Assembly (NCBI GenBank): GCA_951406725.2
Contig: OX597820.1
Coordinates: forward strand, 87,296,001 to 87,360,000
DNA length: 64,000 bases
Direction of reading: 5' to 3'
Origin: Octopus vulgaris
Lineage: Eukaryota
Under the pieces are notes generated by a model. That model was not told where the DNA came from. It searched no databases and saw nothing but the letters and a program-made list of their open reading frames with translations. A program made the translations under genes and the position numbers. The first letter of the stretch is position 1. The number at the start of each line of letters is the position of its first letter. Shown here piece by piece: positions 36,792 to 49,389 of the stretch.

Positions 36792-37645
36792 CAGGGTGGG
36801 CCAAAAGTCACGAAGGTGTTTGAATGTTTAATAACCCCTTCATTTTTGTTTTAAATTTACACTACAATATTATCATATATAGTACTTATAGAAAATATAT
36901 TTACACTACGTATGAAAGATCACATCTCGTAAATGGCTTCTATTTTCTTCTTCGCATAAGCGTACCCTTTCTAAGGCGTTTTCCATGTTTCAGGTTCCAA
37001 TCTTCTGAATTCGACCCGAATATTGTTCTTAAGCTGATGAAGTGTCTAAGGCTTGTTGAGATAACTTTTTTCCTTAGACAGTCCCATAGGAAGTAAGCAG
37101 GAGACGTCAGATCTAGAGGAGCGATGGTCAGCATATGTCGCAACCATGGGAAATTATTCTTCTCTCAAAAATAAGCCCGAGCCGTTGGATTGTGGTCGTT
37201 GCTCTACTGTTGGAACCACATGTTAGGTTTATCGCGAACCTCAGGGAGTAAGAAATTTCCGATCATAAACCGATATTCATTTCCTGTAACAATGACAAGT
37301 TTTCCATCGTCATCTTCGGAAGAAATAACGTCCGATCATTTCTTTTGATGTCACCCCACACCAGACCGTACACTTAAGGGGATGCAATTCCTTTTGATGA
37401 ATTGCCCTAGGATTTTCCGAACCTCAAATCTCCCACACCGTAATGTCGATGATATGCTTTTTGAGTTAGAATTTTGCTCCTGGGCTTTGAGAGAAATATT
37501 TCACAATGTGTCTTCGGTGTTCAGTCGTGAAATCCTCCACGGTTAATCTCCAAGGTCTCCTTTATAAAATCTGTAAAAGAATTAAAGAGATTAAATTTTA
37601 AAAACAAAAAGTTATAAAATATTGCAAGCCCTTCGTCACTTTGTA
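36792..37645 (-). mobile_element. Decayed Tc1/mariner-superfamily element
   Basis: TA-CAGGGTGGGCCAAAAG end; APLDLTSPAYFLWDCL (relic of SPDLTP.DFFLWG.LK); WFQQ motif; GPYFFR relic. Confidence 0.7.
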
Positions 37646-37682
37646 TATGCGTGTGTTATGTACATACGCCTATATATGAGCT

Positions 37683-37684
<2 letters not shown>

Positions 37685-37726
<42 letters not shown>

Positions 37727-37828
37727 TATATAAACATATATATGCATACATACATGTATACATATATATATATATATATACATACATATATATACATATA
37801 CATATATATAAAGATATATATATACACG

Positions 37829-37898
<70 letters not shown>

Positions 37899-37908
37899 TG
37901 TATATATA

Positions 37909-37955
<47 letters not shown>

Positions 37956-37995
37956 ATATATGTTTGTATATATATATATATATATATATACAAAC

Positions 37996-38074
<79 letters not shown>
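37685..38074. repeat. Long imperfect (TA)n/(TG)n tract
   Basis: Direct reading. Confidence 0.95.
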
Positions 38075-38078
<4 letters not shown>

Positions 38079-38427
38079 GCCACTGCATGGTGCCATCACC
38101 ATCAAAATACAGGTCCAGATACTGCAAAAGCTTGTGTTTCAGAGGACCACAGCTCTTTAACATCCTCCCTAAATGCCTGAGAGACTTATATGGTGTGGAT
38201 GTGGGTTTCTTTAAAACTAAACTGGATCTCTTCTTGTCGGGGGTCTCAGATGAACCTACCTCACGACAGGAGACACAGATGTGGGCAGCAGCATCGAACT
38301 CCCTTGTTGATCAAGTGCCACGTATCAGAGGTGGATTCACATATTAGTGTAGCTCATTCAGCGGTGGTGCCCCAGCATGGCCGCGGCCTTCGGGCTAAAA
38401 CATTTTTAAGGATTTAAGGATTTAAGG
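38075..38427 (+). mobile_element. 3' fragment of a CR1/L2-group LINE (sister of 4258-6378) in (TA)n
   Basis: [44 protein letters not shown]; 3' UTR GGTGGTGCCCCAGCATGGCC; (AAGGATTT)n tail. Confidence 0.93.
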
Positions 38428-38505
38428 CTATATATATATATATCTTTATATATATGTATGTATATTTATATGTATATATATATATACATATATATAAAGA
38501 TATGT

Positions 38506-38550
<45 letters not shown>

Positions 38551-38551
<1 letters not shown>

Positions 38552-39843
38552 GAGGGACGTTCAATAAGTAATGCCCCTGACACACTTGCGGTTGTTTGAC
38601 CTAGATGATATTTTGCATGTGCAATTATTGATATCTTTATAGATTAAGTGGCAAATTACAGCTCTGAACTAATTGTGGTACTGATTTACAGGTGTTTGAA
38701 CTGAGTCAAGTGTGAAATGGAGCCTGTTGAGTGTCGAGTAGTGATCCGGCTTTTATATTTGAAAGGACGCACACCACGGAAGACTTTTGATGAAATGAAA
38801 GTAACTTATGGTGATGATGCCCCATCATATGACATTGTAAAACGCTGGCATCGTAAATTCAAACATGGTCGGAACTCTGTGGAAACAGCTCCCAGATCTG
38901 GTCGCCCCCCTTCTGCCATTGATGAGGCATCTGTCCGTCAATTCGAGGCAGCCATTTTGGAAGATCGACGCATAACTATTCGCCAAATAGCCCATGAGGT
39001 CAAGATTAGTACCGGTTCTGTGGAAACTATCATTCATGACCATTTGCATATGCAAAAGGTGTCTGCCAGATGGATTCCCAGGTTGCTCACACCTCTCCAG
39101 AAGCAAGAACGCGTCGAGTGCTCGAGGATGAATTTGAAGATGTGCCAAGAAGATGAGTCAAAATTTTTCGAAAGACTGATTACACAGGATGAAACCTGGG
39201 TCCATCACTATGATCCAGAGACCAAAGCCCAGTCAATGCAGTGGAAGCACCGTGACTCACCTCCTCCAAAGAAGGCAAGGGTGCAGCCCTCCGCTGGCAA
39301 GGTCATGCTCACAGTCTTCTGGGACCTGGACGGAGTAGTGACGACAGATTTCCTGGCAAAGGGTACCACAATTACAGGAGCCTATTATGCTTCACTTTTG
39401 AGGAAATTAAGAGAAGCTATCAAAATCAAGAGGCGGGGCAAGATCAGCAAAGGCATCCTCCTTCTGCAGGACAACGCTCCGGTCCACAACTCGCGTGTCG
39501 CCAGATGAGAAGCACAGGCGTGCGGCTATGAACTCCTCCCCCATCCCCCTACTCTCCTGATCTTGCACCCTCTGATTTTCACCTCTTCCCAGCCATGAAG
39601 TTGTTTTTGAAAGGAAAGCGTTTCCCAGATGATGCAGCCTTGATTTCTGAAGTCACGTCGTGGTTGGAGGACCAAACTGGAGTCTTCTACAAAAATGGTC
39701 TCCAGAGCTGCATCAAACGATGGGAGAAATGCGTAACTCTGGGTGGTTTCTATATAAAAAAAAAGACTAATAACTGTGCCAAGTTTCGTTGCTCTACTGC
39801 TATGGGAGGTGGGTCAGGGGCATTACTTATTGAACGCCCTTCG
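38551..39843 (+). mobile_element. Full-length mariner (1293 bp, D,D34D) with disrupted transposase
   Basis: TIRs CGAGGGACGTTCAATAAGTAATGCCCCTGAC / GTCAGGGGCATTACTTATTGAACGCCCTTCG in (TA)n; ORF 38717-39508 with WIPRLL, QDETW, QDNA; then YSPDLAPSDFHLF. Confidence 0.97.
38717..39770 (+). pseudogene. Mariner transposase pseudogene
   Basis: Stop at 39506-39508; 1-bp loss in the C run at ~39545-39550 (HPP/YSPDL); probable slip in the terminal A run. Confidence 0.92.
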
Positions 39844-40166
39844 TATATATATATATATATATAACGAGTAGTTAGCGGATTACCCACGTTTGGATAATTA
39901 CTACTTCTGAGGTCCTGCTACATATGAAACATATGTAGCCTGGGTTTTATCTACTTCATTCCCTAATTTGGCTTTCTATTCGCATACACAGCAACCCCTC
40001 TTGCTAGCCGTAGGCTACAAAACAGTTTTTTCAGCTTATCGAACTTCGATATGGGAAATATTTACAACCTTCTACGCCAATAAACTACTATTGTTGCCGG
40101 AAGTTGTTTTTTTTTATACCTTCTACGTACTGCTCGAAGTTTACTATCTTCCTACACCTTGGATCT

Positions 40167-40400
<234 letters not shown>

Positions 40401-40476
40401 TATAAATATGTGTGTGTGTGTATGTATGTATATATATACATATATAGATATATATATATATATATGCATATATATG

Positions 40477-40562
<86 letters not shown>

Positions 40563-40566
<4 letters not shown>

Positions 40567-41116
40567 GTTGTCTGGAAAGTTCGTGTGCTGATTTTTAAAG
40601 GAAAGAAAAAGGTCAATAAATACTTGCTATTACATTTTTAATCAACCAAATATGAACCATTTTGTTGCACAATATGTCTCCGTCTTTCTTTTAACTTGAA
40701 AATACCCTCTACCCAGAATTGAGCTGGTTTCATGACAAAGAATTCATCAAGGTATCTATTTACGTCATCCAAGGAATTGAAATTTTTACCATTAAGACAA
40801 TTCTGCAGAGACCTGAATAAGTGGAAATTTGAAGGAGCAATATCTGATGAATATGGAGGGTGGGGTAGCACATCCCAGCCGAGCCGCAGCAATTTTTGTC
40901 TAGTTCCCAAAGCATCAAGTGCCCAAAATGAACTTATCTTCCACTTTAAAGGGTTACAGAATCAACACAGGTATAGGAACATAAACCTTCTTCCAGGAAA
41001 AGATAACTTAAACTGTGCTCTAGATGGAGGTGTAGTGAAATCCTATTTTATGGACTTAACCATGTTCTAAAATAAGTCAAAATGTAAGCTGCTATAAATC
41101 AGCACGAACTTTCCAT
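40563..41116 (-). mobile_element. Internally deleted mariner, same family as 3099-3549
   Basis: TIR TTGGGTTGTCTGGAAAGTTCGTG; ORF LGWDVLPHPPYSSDIAPSNFHLFRSLQN; right TIR clipped. Confidence 0.93.
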
Positions 41117-41119
41117 ATA

Positions 41120-41150
<31 letters not shown>

Positions 41151-41204
41151 AATTTAAAACAGTTTGATTCGGTTCCGTGCTACTTCAAGTTTCGCAGGCC
41201 CCTA

Positions 41205-41508
<304 letters not shown>

Positions 41509-42203
41509 GGTATATTAATTATAACTTTGTTGGCAGTGCGTTCGAAGTTCTGCCAGTAATGGCATATTCCACTTGTCATGTGAAAATCGGATAGCGCTTA
41601 ATATATATTTCCCTTCTGCGCTAAGAATCGAGATAGGTGACGATAAGAATGAATCGCTGACGTCATGATTTAATTGGTATCGGGGTACCGTATGCGTGGG
41701 TAGGGAGAAAGTGGTTGTGGGTTAAACGCTACGCTAAGTGTGAAAGTCGTAGAAGTGGATGTGGGTTAGAATTTCTGGAGACTAGTGTTTGGAAGGGCGC
41801 AATAAATCAACATAGATTAAGGGTTTAGCAAACGATAAGTGGGCGCCAACAAAACGCCATATTGATTTCTGGGGAAAAAAATAAAACAAATATATAAATG
41901 CATACATATTTCTTTATATTTACAAACATTCAAATATACATACACCGACGCACAGAAGCACACTCTATATTACTTTCTATTGCATTGTGTGTTTGTGTGT
42001 TTGTGTGTGTGTGTGTGTGCGTCCATTTGTGCACATGCATATGCTTTAGTTTTTTTGTTACATATAATGTGTATATTATGCATGAAGTGCTAACTGTAAA
42101 CTGTATCCATATGCATTAAACAAGCAGCAAATGTGCATATTGCATATGGTTTCCATGCTGCTTCTCACGCACGCACACACACACACACACATACATATGT
42201 GCG

Positions 42204-42258
<55 letters not shown>

Positions 42259-42521
42259 CATACACAAACACACACACTGAAATACTCATGTGGGAGAGAG
42301 AGTACGTGTTCGCGTGGTCTATGTGTGTACGTGTGTGCATGAATATATATATATATATTATACATACACACGCATACATATAAACACACATACACACTTA
42401 AATACACATGCAGGAGAGAGAGTACATGTACACGTGGTCTGTGTGTGTGTGTATGTATATATATGCATCTGTGTGTACGCGCATGTATGTGTATATGTAT
42501 ATGCGTGTATATATAACACAT

Positions 42522-42680
42522 GCAGGTGTGGCCGTATGGTAGGAAACTTGCTTCCCAACACATGGTTCCAGGTTCAGTTCCACTGCGTGACACATGGGGT
42601 AAGTGTCTTCTACTCTAACCTCGGGCTGACCAAATTCTTGCAAGTGGGTTAGTAGACGTAAACTGAAAGAAGCCCATCAT
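42522..42680 (+). mobile_element. SINE family A, 5' half
   Basis: GCAGGTGTGGCCGTATGGTAGG..GGTTCAGTTCC..AAACTGAAAGAAGCCC. Confidence 0.82.
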
Positions 42681-42715
42681 ATATATGCATATACATAAAT
42701 ACATGTGTGTGTATG

Positions 42716-42757
<42 letters not shown>

Positions 42758-42840
42758 TTGCATCTGTGTATGTGTGTATGTGTGTGTGTGCGTGTTGTGT
42801 CTCTGTCTGTGTGTATCTGTATGTGTGTTTGTGTGAGATT

Positions 42841-42881
<41 letters not shown>

Positions 42882-43202
42882 GATAAGTAGACAGACATCG
42901 ATAAAGATATGCAGTTATATAAATTTCGTATATATTGATATATTTGTATATACCGATATCTTTTAAGTAGTCCGATACGAATGGCATAAAAAATGCAAGC
43001 AGACGAATTCAGCTTTGCGTCGAGATATGGGGAGGCATAGGCAGACACACATTCAGACACACGCACACATACACACACGCGCGCGCGCGCAACTACATGC
43101 ACACATATATTTATAGTCAATTTCATATACCTCCACATATATATATTTACATATGTAAATGCATACATAAATATACATACACACAAACTTCCCTATTTAT
43201 AT

Positions 43203-43589
43203 TCTCTTTTACTTGTTTCAGTCATTTGACTGCGGCTATGCTGGAGCACCGCCTTTTAATCGAGCAACTCGACCCAGGGACTTATTCTTTTGTAAGCCCA
43301 GTACTTATTCTATCGGTGTCTTTTGCCGAACCGCTAAGTAACGGGAACATAAACACACCAGCATCGGTTGTCAAGCAATGCTAGGGGGACAAACACAGAC
43401 ACACAAACACATACACATACATACATATATATATACGACAGGCTTCTTTCAGTTTCTGTCTACCAAATCCACTCACAAGGCTTTGGTCGGCCTGAGGCTA
43501 TAGTAGAAGACACTTGCCCAAGGTGCCAGGCAGTGGGACTTAACCCGGAACCATGTGGTTGGTAAACAAGCTACTTACCACACAGCCAC
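43203..43589 (-). mobile_element. SINE family A, near full length
   Basis: Near-identical in reverse to 24204-24578, including the tail. Confidence 0.93.
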
Positions 43590-43596
43590 ATATATA

Positions 43597-44488
43597 CAAG
43601 TGTAGTCAAAATTTATTCGACTTTTGACCAAAAAACAAGCAATATTAAAAACTCATAATTTTGATTTAGTCTCCTTGAAAGTATTCGCCTTGTAGGCCTA
43701 CACACTTCTGCCAGCGTTCCTGCCACTGTTAGAAACCTTTTTGGAAATCACTCTTTGTGATACTGTAGAGCTGTGCTGTTGAAATTTGCTTAATGTTCTT
43801 TGTTGACTCTAATCTTCTCCCTTCAAGTTTTTTTTTCTTAGCTTTCGAAATAGCCAAAGGTCACACGGGGCCAAGTCTGGGGAGTATGAAGCCTGACGAA
43901 CAAGTGGCGTGTTTTGCTTGACGAGGAATGCTTGGACGACGTGGGCGGAATAAATTGACTGAACTGAACTGACTGAGCTGACCCATGGTTGATTCCAACT
44001 TCGGCAACAATTTCCTATATACCCACACGAGGGTCTTCATTGACTCCTCCTCGAACCTTTGCAATCATTTCGTCGTTTCAACTAGTCGATGGTCTCCCAC
44101 AACGTGGATTACTGTCCACTGAGGTACGGCCATCTTTGAACCGATTGTACCACTTCTTTATTTGTGCTTTTCCCATAGCATCATCTCCAAAGGCTTTCTA
44201 AATCATCTCGATTATCTGGGCTTGCGCATCACCCAAGTTTTGGGCAGAATTTGATGTTGTATCTTTGCTCAATGCGCTTGGTCATCTTGACTCAATAAGA
44301 AAAATCGCACAGCACACTTCACGTCTGTACTCAACGCGTCACTGCAGGCGAATGACACAACCTACAGACACGAAAATGTTTGAGCATGTTCAGGAAGGAC
44401 GCGGTCGACTAATACCTATGCGGATTTTGCTCACACATTATATTTTGTGCAGAAAAATAAAGGTCGGATACATTTTGACAAAACCTTG
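43597..44488 (-). mobile_element. Decayed internally deleted mariner
   Basis: TA-flanked imperfect TIRs CAAGTGTAGTCAAAATTTATTCGAC / GTCGGATACATTTTGACAAAACCTTG; PYSPDLAPCD relic; KWYNRFKDGRTSV..PRCGRP. Confidence 0.85.
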
Positions 44489-44764
44489 TATACATATGTG
44501 TGTGTGTGAGTGTATTACATATATGTATGTATATGTATCGCTAGAATATTTACATAGAAGTGAAGGACAGTTTCTCTCTCTCTCTCTCTCTCCTCTCTTT
44601 CCTTTTCTCTCTCTCTCTTCCCTCTTTCCTTTTCTCCCTCTCTCTCCCTCTCTCCCTCTCTTTCCTTTTCTCTCTCTCTCTCTCTGTTTATATGTATAAG
44701 CATATATAAATGTATATTTAAATATCTGTCTGTCTGCTTATATGTATATCTCTTCTTCTATTTT

Positions 44765-45470
44765 TTATTTATTATAAATCTTCCACTGAGGAGGGAGCCG
44801 GTTTCCAACAGAGATACAAGGCTCCATCTTTGGGATATAGTTAACACAGATAAATTCATATTTGGAACTTGAGAAAAGTTTTGCATATTTTTACTGTTCC
44901 ACTCACAGATTGCACTTGTAATGTACGAATCAGCCGGTCATTTTCTCTTTCTGAAAATCCCAGTTTACCCAGATTCTCCTTTAAGCATTTACTAACAAAA
45001 CCTAGTGCTTCAATTATTATTGGCACAAATATGAATTCATAGTCTGGATATAGAAGCTGGAGATTTTGAAGCAGCTGTCCATAGATATCCTCTTTTTTTT
45101 TGATTGCCAAAAAGGGTAGCTGACCTCTATGACGGTACATACCTTTGCCCCTCTGTCCCAAACAACAATATCCAGCCTGTTATGTTTACATTTGACAGAA
45201 GATTTTATGGGAATATTCCACCAGTATTCCTTAAGTTGGTGTTTGTGAATGTATTCCATAACAGAGGGATTTTATAAGTCTATTTCAGGACAGCCTTTTT
45301 TGCGGATGGCATTGTAAATTGTTTGGGCGAAAACAACGTGCCGCATAGGGGAGGTAGTATCGTGCTAATAACATACATGATGTCTTCCACAGAAACATGA
45401 CATAGCCTACACATGCGGTTGCACCTTGGGATTACAAGACCGTCACTGTCTCTCTTGTTTACTAGGTACT
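44765..45470 (-). mobile_element. 3' part of an RLE-type (R4/Dong-like) LINE
   Basis: EYWWNIPIKSSVKCKHNRLDIVVWD..CTVIEVS.P; KKEDIYGQLLQNLQLLYP..VPIII; CRLC; related to 25572-26525. Confidence 0.88.
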
Positions 45471-45629
45471 TTGTATGTATGTATGTATGTATGCATGTAT
45501 GTATGTATGGATGGATGGATGGATGGATGGATGGATGGATGGATGGATGGATGGATGGATGGATAAATTTGAACTGAATACATCTCGTGTATATATGTAT
45601 ATATTTATATGTGTATATGTATATGTAAA

Positions 45630-46931
45630 CGAGGAGGTACCCAAGAGAAACTGGAATTTTGCAATATTATTTTATTCACTTAGTTTTACAAGTTTACATT
45701 TTATCACCTTCAAATTATTATCCATTTGAAGCAGTGCATCGGCCCAAACGCGTTTTCCGCTGTTCGAAGCCGCATTGGAACTCTTGCGAAATGATGCCTT
45801 TTAAAACCTCCGTCGTTTTTTACTTCACCTGTTCCACATCTGCAAAACGTTTTCCTTTAAGGACTTTTTTCATTTGGGGTAACAAAAAAAGTCGCAGAGA
45901 GCAAGATCGGTTGAATGGTAGGGGATGAGCAAGCAGGGTGATGCCATTTTTGGTCAAAAACTGTCTCACGCGCAAGGCGGTGCGCGTAGGCACATTGTCG
46001 TGATGAAATCACCAGTCTCCACTTTGCCACAGGCCGTGGCGTTTTCGTCTCAACTGCATCTCGCAAACGCTTCTGAACTGCCAAGTAATATGCCTGGTTA
46101 ACAGTTTGACCAGGAGGAACAAATTCCTTTCGCATTGATGAAACAAACCAGCATTGTCCTAACATTGGTCTTCACTTGACGCGTCTTTTGAGGTGTGGCG
46201 ACATTGAATGCTTCCATTGACATGATTGCTGCTTGGTTTCTGGGTCGTGGTCATAGCAGCAGTTTTCGCCACCAATGATGACTTCCCAAAAAAGGTGCGG
46301 ATCAGCTTTCAGCTGTTCTTTCAGTTCACAACACATTCAGTCTTGATTGCTTTTGATCTTCCGTGAGCAAGCGAGGCGCAAATTTTGCTACAACTCTTTT
46401 CATTCGCAATCCTCGCTCAAATTTTGTTGGCAGGAGTTCCAGGAGACACCAGTCATATCAACAAGTTCGTCAATTGTTTCGCGACGGTCCTCCAAGATCA
46501 GTTCGCGAACTTTCGTGATGCTTTCATTTGTGCGGGAAGTCGACAGTCGCCCTCAACGAGGTTCGTCTTCAAATGACAATTGACCATTCCTAAAGTGTAA
46601 AAACCAGCCGTAAACTTATGTTTTGCTCATGCCAGCATCTTTGTAAGCTGTTTGAAGCATGACAACTGTTTTTGTAGCTGTTTACCCCAGCAGAGAACAG
46701 AATTTCACGGAAGCACGCTGTTCCTTCGTTTCAGCAATCGCAAAGATCGAACAGGGGAGAAGCACTATCAAAAGAAAGTCACACCACATGGCAGTACGGC
46801 ATCACTCGAAAACGCTGGTCGGCATACCAATGTTTGAGAGTCGCATCAAGTGGCTTCTTGCGGCCGAAGACTGAACTACAATGGGTTTGTCCCACAAAGA
46901 ACGTTTCCGGTCACTTGTGGGTACCCCCTCG
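45630..46931 (-). mobile_element. Full-length (~1.3 kb) decayed mariner
   Basis: Imperfect TIRs CGAGGAGGTACCCAAGAG..ACTGGAA / TTCCGGTCACTTGTGGGTACCCCCTCG; EFVPPGQTVNQAYY, HHDNVP, DLALCDFF. Confidence 0.88.
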
Positions 46932-46971
46932 ATACATACACACATACACACATAAATATACACACATACTT

Positions 46972-47012
<41 letters not shown>

Positions 47013-47014
47013 CA

Positions 47015-47239
47015 GATCGCCATGTTGATTCGCTAGCCTCTGCACGCATTTTTTTCTCTCTTTTTTTTTCTCTCCTTATTTCTTTCTGTGTTTCTTTTCT
47101 GTGTATCTTTCTGTAGAAGAGCGTAGGCTCGAAACATAAAAGACTTGTTTTATTTATATTCCTGAGCGCCATACTAATACAATTATTTGTTTGTATTCCA
47201 CCTGCCTTCGTCTTTTGTTTATTTTCATAAAGCTTCCTG

Positions 47240-47242
<3 letters not shown>
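47015..47242 (+). mobile_element. Short Penelope-like pLTR element with hammerhead-like motif
   Basis: Motif 47106-47143 TCTTT-CTGTAGA-A-GAGC-GTAG-GCTC-GAAAC-ATA-AAAGA; flanked by (TA)n. Confidence 0.7.
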
Positions 47243-47309
<67 letters not shown>

Positions 47310-47312
47310 TGC

Positions 47313-47788
47313 ATAAAGAATCGTGGGTAAGGCCAAAACAATGCGAAGTAAATGCAAGGTAAATCACAAGATAAATATGTGAATTAGACTTACGTTGTGT
47401 TCAATGTTTCGAGGTTATGACCCCATTTTCAAGAAATAGGTGAATGTTGCTGATGTACGTGTGTGTGAGCGTGTGTGGAGTGGAAATGCGCGGAACTTTA
47501 TTGCTGTAGCAACAAGCTAGCTTCTCGTAGGGCGTGCGTATTTCTTTTTCAGTGCTTCTCCCCGTTACAGGAAGCTAGCTAGTTGCTATAGTAACACCTT
47601 TCTGCATATGTCCACTTCCCACACGCTCATACACACGCACATCGGCAACATTCGCCTATTTCTTGAAAATGGGATCATAACCCCGAAATGTTGAATACAT
47701 TAATTCTACATTAATTCACATATTTGTTTTCTTGTGATTTACCTTACATTTACTTCGCATTGTTTTGGCCTTACTCACGATCCTTTAT
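47313..47788. mobile_element. Imperfect inverted pair (~215-bp arms) of pLTR-like units, each with a hammerhead-like motif
   Basis: Arms ~47313-47529 and ~47566-47788 are reverse complements with scattered transitions; lies between (TA)n tracts. Confidence 0.8.
47657..47697 (+). ncRNA. Candidate minimal type I hammerhead ribozyme (U3:A8 variant); mirror copy at 47397-47438 (-)
   Basis: TATTTC-TTGAAAA-T-GGGAT-CATA-ACCCC-GAAA-TGTT-GAATA; other arm TATTTC-TTGAAAA-T-GGGGT-CATA-ACCTC-GAAA-CATT-GAACA. Confidence 0.55.
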
Positions 47789-47830
47789 ATAATATATTCT
47801 ACACAATGCTTCATAGTAATTATTCCATTA

Positions 47831-47990
<160 letters not shown>

Positions 47991-48676
47991 GAACCGCAGG
48001 GTCCGTCGTATTTGGAACCTCCACTTATAGAAAATGGAAAAAACAGTCTTTGACTGCCATTTCTAATTCCTTCGGTATGCGGCGAAGCAACCTGTTGCTG
48101 GCCCTTTCAATTAGTTTTACTACATACATATATATATGTATGTATGTATTTATGTATGTACACTCTATACACCTCTTTCAATATATGAATGCATATAGAT
48201 AAAAATATATATAGATATATAAATATTGTAAAGGATAAATAAAAACCTGAAACTGGGGGTGGGGAGGCGCATCACCTGCGTCAGAACGAAAATACTCTGA
48301 TGTAATATGCACTTTTTCCAACAATCAGTCCTATCCAGATGCCGTCATAAGGGCTGCAGCTGAGCAGCAATCTTTATTATGTATGGCACAAAAGAATGTA
48401 CAGCAGCTGACCTGGCTACATCAGTTTCAGAGTCAGAGCCATCCCTATCAATATGCAAGATCATCATAGCCAATGGACCCTACTTTCACCAGCCTAGATG
48501 TCACATTGCTACTCTTACTAAACATTAGATGATTGTTAGAATTTAGTAACAGAACCAAAATTCTCTTTCTGGGAGACTTGTGGCATGCAATCAAGCCTTA
48601 TGCATAGCACTCACCGAAATGCACATAAAACCCGCAGATTCAGAAATACATATACTATATTATATTTATATATATT

Positions 48677-49185
48677 ACTAGCAGTATCGCCCGGCGTTGC
48701 TCGGGTTTGTAAGGGAAATAACTATATAAGCATTTTTAGAGAGTTACTTCCCTTATAAATTCGGGCTTTCTTAGCCATTTTTGTTTTGGTGTTTTCAAGC
48801 CATGAAGTCGTTGTTCTAAAAGAACGCTGGTTTCCTTCACAACGCATTACGACGTTGATTTCTTTACACTCCCTTCCCCACAGCTTCACGAGGGAGGGAA
48901 GGGGGAGAAGCAAACAGGTGCAACTGTGAGCGTGGACGCCAACTCCGCCGCCATCGACACACGATGCATTTTATGCATTAAAATGGAATAAAAAATGATG
49001 TTAAATTATTTTTTTAAATCGTAGACTCATCGTTGACGCGCGCTAATAGTCAGACGGGCTCGATATGAATCACGACTATAAGATACCCGAATTTGGTTAA
49101 ACTGCACCGCAAAATGTGGGAGGAGTTAGGAATCTAAATCGAAGGGGACAGACACTCACACAACTAGAGTTTTATATATATAGAT
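48677..49185. mobile_element. Helentron-associated non-autonomous element (HINE/DINE-1-like)
   Basis: Ends ACTAGC..CCCGGCGTTGCTCGGG (subterminal hairpin) and GACAGAC..TTTTATATATATAGAT; no TSD; CpG-rich; the LINE endonuclease resumes after it. Confidence 0.75.
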
Positions 49186-49389
49186 ATTACGCACCGACAG
49201 AAAAGACATGAGCCATGGTGGAGTTGTAATGTACAGCCGTTAAGACGTCATGTTTCAGGTCCACTTGTCATTCTCAAACTCGGACTGTGGTACACTAGTA
49301 CATTTAAGACAACTCGATATTGTTACATGCACTGCTCATCGCCCCCGATACTCCAAATCACATGGTTTTATTTTCTACTACCTTACAAA

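Noticed and set aside
37622-38347. 241-aa ORF and the many YI/CV/HT/YVCM-repeat ORFs across the window
   Set aside because: Stop-free translations of (TA)n, (TG)n and (TATG)n; the only real coding part here is the LINE 3' fragment from 38075.
38717-39508. SETMAR-like host gene
   Set aside because: No SET domain; bounded by TIRs; stop lies before the third catalytic Asp.
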